Shown: one piece after another, positions 55,096-57,376 of the stretch
How the letters are laid out: every line of letters begins with the position of its first letter
How positions within the stretch are numbered: position 1 is the stretch's first letter
Origin: Mollicutes bacterium
Lineage (GTDB): Bacteria; Bacillota_I; Bacilli_A; RF39; UBA660
Direction: 5' to 3'
Length of the DNA: 57,376 nt
NCBI GenBank assembly: GCA_012837765.1
Contig: DUQO01000039.1
Coordinates: 1 to 57,376, forward strand
Notes under the pieces: model-generated
Database searches by the model: none
Told to the model about the DNA's origin: nothing
What the model saw: only the letters and a program-made list of their open reading frames with translations
Translations under genes and position numbers: made by a program

Positions 55096-57376
55096 TTAAT
55101 TAGCTGCTTTATAACATTTTAAACTACTTCCTGATCCACTGTAATTAGACCAACCTGATGGACAATAATAGTAATATGATGACCCACATTCACTACAATT
55201 ATAACCAGAAGTAGAAGTGGAATATGTACAACTGTTACATGTTGAACCACATATAGAGCAATTTGCCGATGTTGTATTAACAATACAAGTTGAACCATAC
55301 AAATAACCACTTGAGCAACTATAACATAAGGTTCCTATTAATGTTCCACTTGAGCAAGAATACACTGTTGTTGGAGATCCCATTGGAGGACAATAACAAT
55401 ATTCTAATCCACCTGTAACAATCGCAGGAGCACAACCCCCAGGGCATACTCTACTTGAATTAGCACTAGTTATTGTTGCTGGAGTTGTTGTTTCATATGT
55501 ACATGTTTTACAAGTCGAACCGCACTTATCACAATTTTGACCATACGTTGAAACTTGATATGTACAGTAGTTACAACTGCTACTACTATTTGCTGACCTT
55601 ACACAAATCCATCCTTTGCTTGAATCATTAGTTATAGTTCCTTCACTACAAGTTTTAACTACTACTGTTCGTTTTAACGGTGTCGCAAGATTTCCTGCTT
55701 TATCACTCGCATTGTACGTTATATAATAAGTCCCTGCTACTGACATGTTTACTGTCCCAGATGAAGTTACACTACCATTTATTCCACTGTGTGCATCTGT
55801 TGCTGAGGCTCCTGCATCACTATAAGTACTTCCTCCTACCGTTATTGGATTTGCCCCATTTATCGTTATTACAGGTTTAGTATTATCTAATTTAAATACG
55901 TTTGTTCTTTGGATTATTGTGTTACCCGCATTATCTTTAGCTAGTATCCATAAATAATAATTACCTGTCACTGCAGGCGGGCTACTTATTGTTCCACCAT
56001 TAGTAAATGTTGTAGTAAATGACGCTTCACTTGGTTGAGTAGTGCTTGTATTCCATAAATATTTTAAACTGCTTTTATTTACACCTGATTGTGTATCATT
56101 TATTGTTACTGTAGTACTTCTACTTTGTGAATAGGTAGAATTTCCATTTGTTCCAAATGATACTGTCGGTGATGTTCTATCTATATAACTTACTGTAAAA
56201 GATTTGTTCGATACATTTCCAGATGCATCTTTTACCCAAACATAATGTGTTCCATTTGATGTTATAGAACCTGTTAATGTTGTTAAATCTTTGACGGATG
56301 ATATAGAAGTAAAGGTTGGTGCTATAGTGCTACTTTGGTTTATTCCATATCCTACTATTCCTAATCCTAAATCAGATACTTTTGTTATTACATTGTTAGT
56401 TGTTCCCCATTTAGTCGTATCATATACTGTTGCATATGCTACATGCCATACTAATGGTGAACTTGTTGTTGGTGTACTTCCACCAGTTAAGTAGAAGAAA
56501 TTAGTACTTGAATAAGAACCGTTGGTGCCAACACTTACTCGACATATATATTCTTTCCAATCACCTGTGCCTGCTTGATCTGTTAGCCAACTAAATGTTC
56601 CTCCTCCATAAGCATTAGAGGCCCAATTTATTTTGTATCCTACTGGTATTTTAGCTATGATTCTTGTTATAAATACTTTTGATGCAGCAGTTGGGGTTGC
56701 GAAGTAAAATCCACCCCAACCTGGTGTTGCTGTTCCAACCGTTTTTATCTCTAATCCTTTTCCTGATCCAACGGGTGCACCGCTTATGGATACCCTTGTA
56801 ACTGACACATTACCGTTAGCTGTATTGTTATAAACACGTGTACTATTTAAGCCACTATCAAATGTAGGATCAGAATACAGCATAGTCCCTGCATATACTT
56901 CAGCGATTGTAGGTGGTGTTGTATCTACCACATTGATTGTTCGTTTTGCTGTTTTAACATTTCCTGAATTATCACTTACCGTATAAGTTATTGTATATTG
57001 TCCTAAAGCATTAACATTTACTGTTCCTGTCGATGAAATTTTTGAGGTTATATTACCATCAATATTATCTGACGCTGTGGCTCCTGCATCACTATAACTA
57101 GTACCCATTTCAACAGTTGCTGGATTACTTCCTAATATTGTTATGGTTGGAGATGTATTGTCTAATTTAAAGGCATTACTTCTTTCTATCTTTTGATTGC
57201 CTGAATTATCTTTAGCAAGTATCCATAAATAGTAAGTACCTGTTACACTAGCAGGTGTGTTTATTGTTCCTCCATTTGTAAAGGAGTTTGTTATTTGACC
57301 TGCTGTTACGCCTGTTGATGAAGTTGACCACAAGTATTTTAAACTACTTGTATTAACTATTACATTATCACTTACT
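55096..57376 (-). CDS. Large secreted/surface protein, N-terminus outside the window: repeated Ig-like (DUF5011-type) modules, a beta-sandwich insert and a Cys-rich C-terminal domain
   Basis: The frame is open to the window edge: upstream of the track TTG it reads SDNVIVNTSSLKYLW, parallel to the internal KSSLKYLW. Two copies of ...FTNGGTI..P..VTG.YYLWILAKDN.GN...R.N.FKLDNT.P.IT..G.NP.TV...YSDAGA.A.D...YTITY..SD..GN. The last 184 aa contain 24 Cys. Confidence 0.8.
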   Translation of the reverse strand, partial: VSDNVIVNTSSLKYLWSTSSTGVTAGQITNSFTNGGTINTPASVTGTYYLWILAKDNSGNQKIERSNAFKLDNTSPTITILGSNPATVEMGTSYSDAGATASDNIDGNITSKISSTGTVNVNALGQYTITYTVSDNSGNVKTAKRTINVVDTTPPTIAEVYAGTMLYSDPTFDSGLNSTRVYNNTANGNVSVTRVSISGAPVGSGKGLEIKTVGTATPGWGGFYFATPTAASKVFITRIIAKIPVGYKINWASNAYGGGTFSWLTDQAGTGDWKEYICRVSVGTNGSYSSTNFFYLTGGSTPTTSSPLVWHVAYATVYDTTKWGTTNNVITKVSDLGLGIVGYGINQSSTIAPTFTSISSVKDLTTLTGSITSNGTHYVWVKDASGNVSNKSFTVSYIDRTSPTVSFGTNGNSTYSQSRSTTVTINDTQSGVNKSSLKYLWNTSTTQPSEASFTTTFTNGGTISSPPAVTGNYYLWILAKDNAGNTIIQRTNVFKLDNTKPVITINGANPITVGGSTYSDAGASATDAHSGINGSVTSSGTVNMSVAGTYYITYNASDKAGNLATPLKRTVVVKTCSEGTITNDSSKGWICVRSANSSSSCNYCTYQVSTYGQNCDKCGSTCKTCTYETTTPATITSANSSRVCPGGCAPAIVTGGLEYCYCPPMGSPTTVYSCSSGTLIGTLCYSCSSGYLYGSTCIVNTTSANCSICGSTCNSCTYSTSTSGYNCSECGSSYYYYCPSGWSNYSGSGSSLKCYKAAN

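Noticed and set aside
1-57376. Alternative genetic code (TGA = Trp), given the Mollicutes-like base composition.
   Set aside because: Long conserved proteins (NrdD, ParC, ParE, Tkt, ComEC, UvrC) are uninterrupted under the standard code. They use TGG for Trp, and TGA terminates several genes at the expected length.
1-57376. CRISPR arrays, tRNA or rRNA genes, IS elements, integrases, toxin-antitoxin pairs and recognisable defence genes.
   Set aside because: I saw no regularly spaced repeats beyond the single 21-bp tandem. No intergenic region is long enough or structured like a tRNA. No transposase, integrase or nuclease-helicase motifs appear in any ORF.

Overview
This is an AT-rich (roughly 70% A+T by eye) chromosomal segment from an endospore-forming Bacillota. 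Almost all genes are on the minus strand. Gene content and order resemble Bacillus subtilis core regions: fmt-rlmN-stp-pknB-rsgA-rpe, lexA/tkt/sirA-like/yneF, comEA-comEC-holA, murG-murB-divIB-ftsA-ftsZ-spoIIGA-sigE...sigG-ylmC-cotE, ylbD-ylbE-ylbF-rsmD and parE-parC. Inference: Erysipelotrichia- or Bacilli-like, standard genetic code. I found no rRNA, tRNA, CRISPR array, IS element, prophage or recognisable multi-gene defence island. Non-core content sits mainly at the two window edges: four tandem, separately transcribed type IV pilin-like paralogs at 39-2145, and a window-truncated surface protein with a 24-cysteine C-terminal domain at 55096-57376. The strongest single candidate for something undescribed is an unannotated 43-aa membrane peptide gene (30256-30387). 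It is divergent from lexA, and its consensus promoter has a perfect LexA (Cheo) box filling the spacer. It occupies the position that yneA holds in B. subtilis but shows no YneA features. Other points needing follow-up are a coding region at 37070-37962 with no canonical start that abuts an A7 slippery or homopolymer tract, nrdR apparently initiating at CTG, a 21-bp tandem repeat that duplicates the -35 region of one pilin promoter, and a GreA/Rnk-like gene plus a lipoprotein gene inserted between sigE and sigG. All family assignments rest on motif recognition by eye and remembered synteny. No database search was run.
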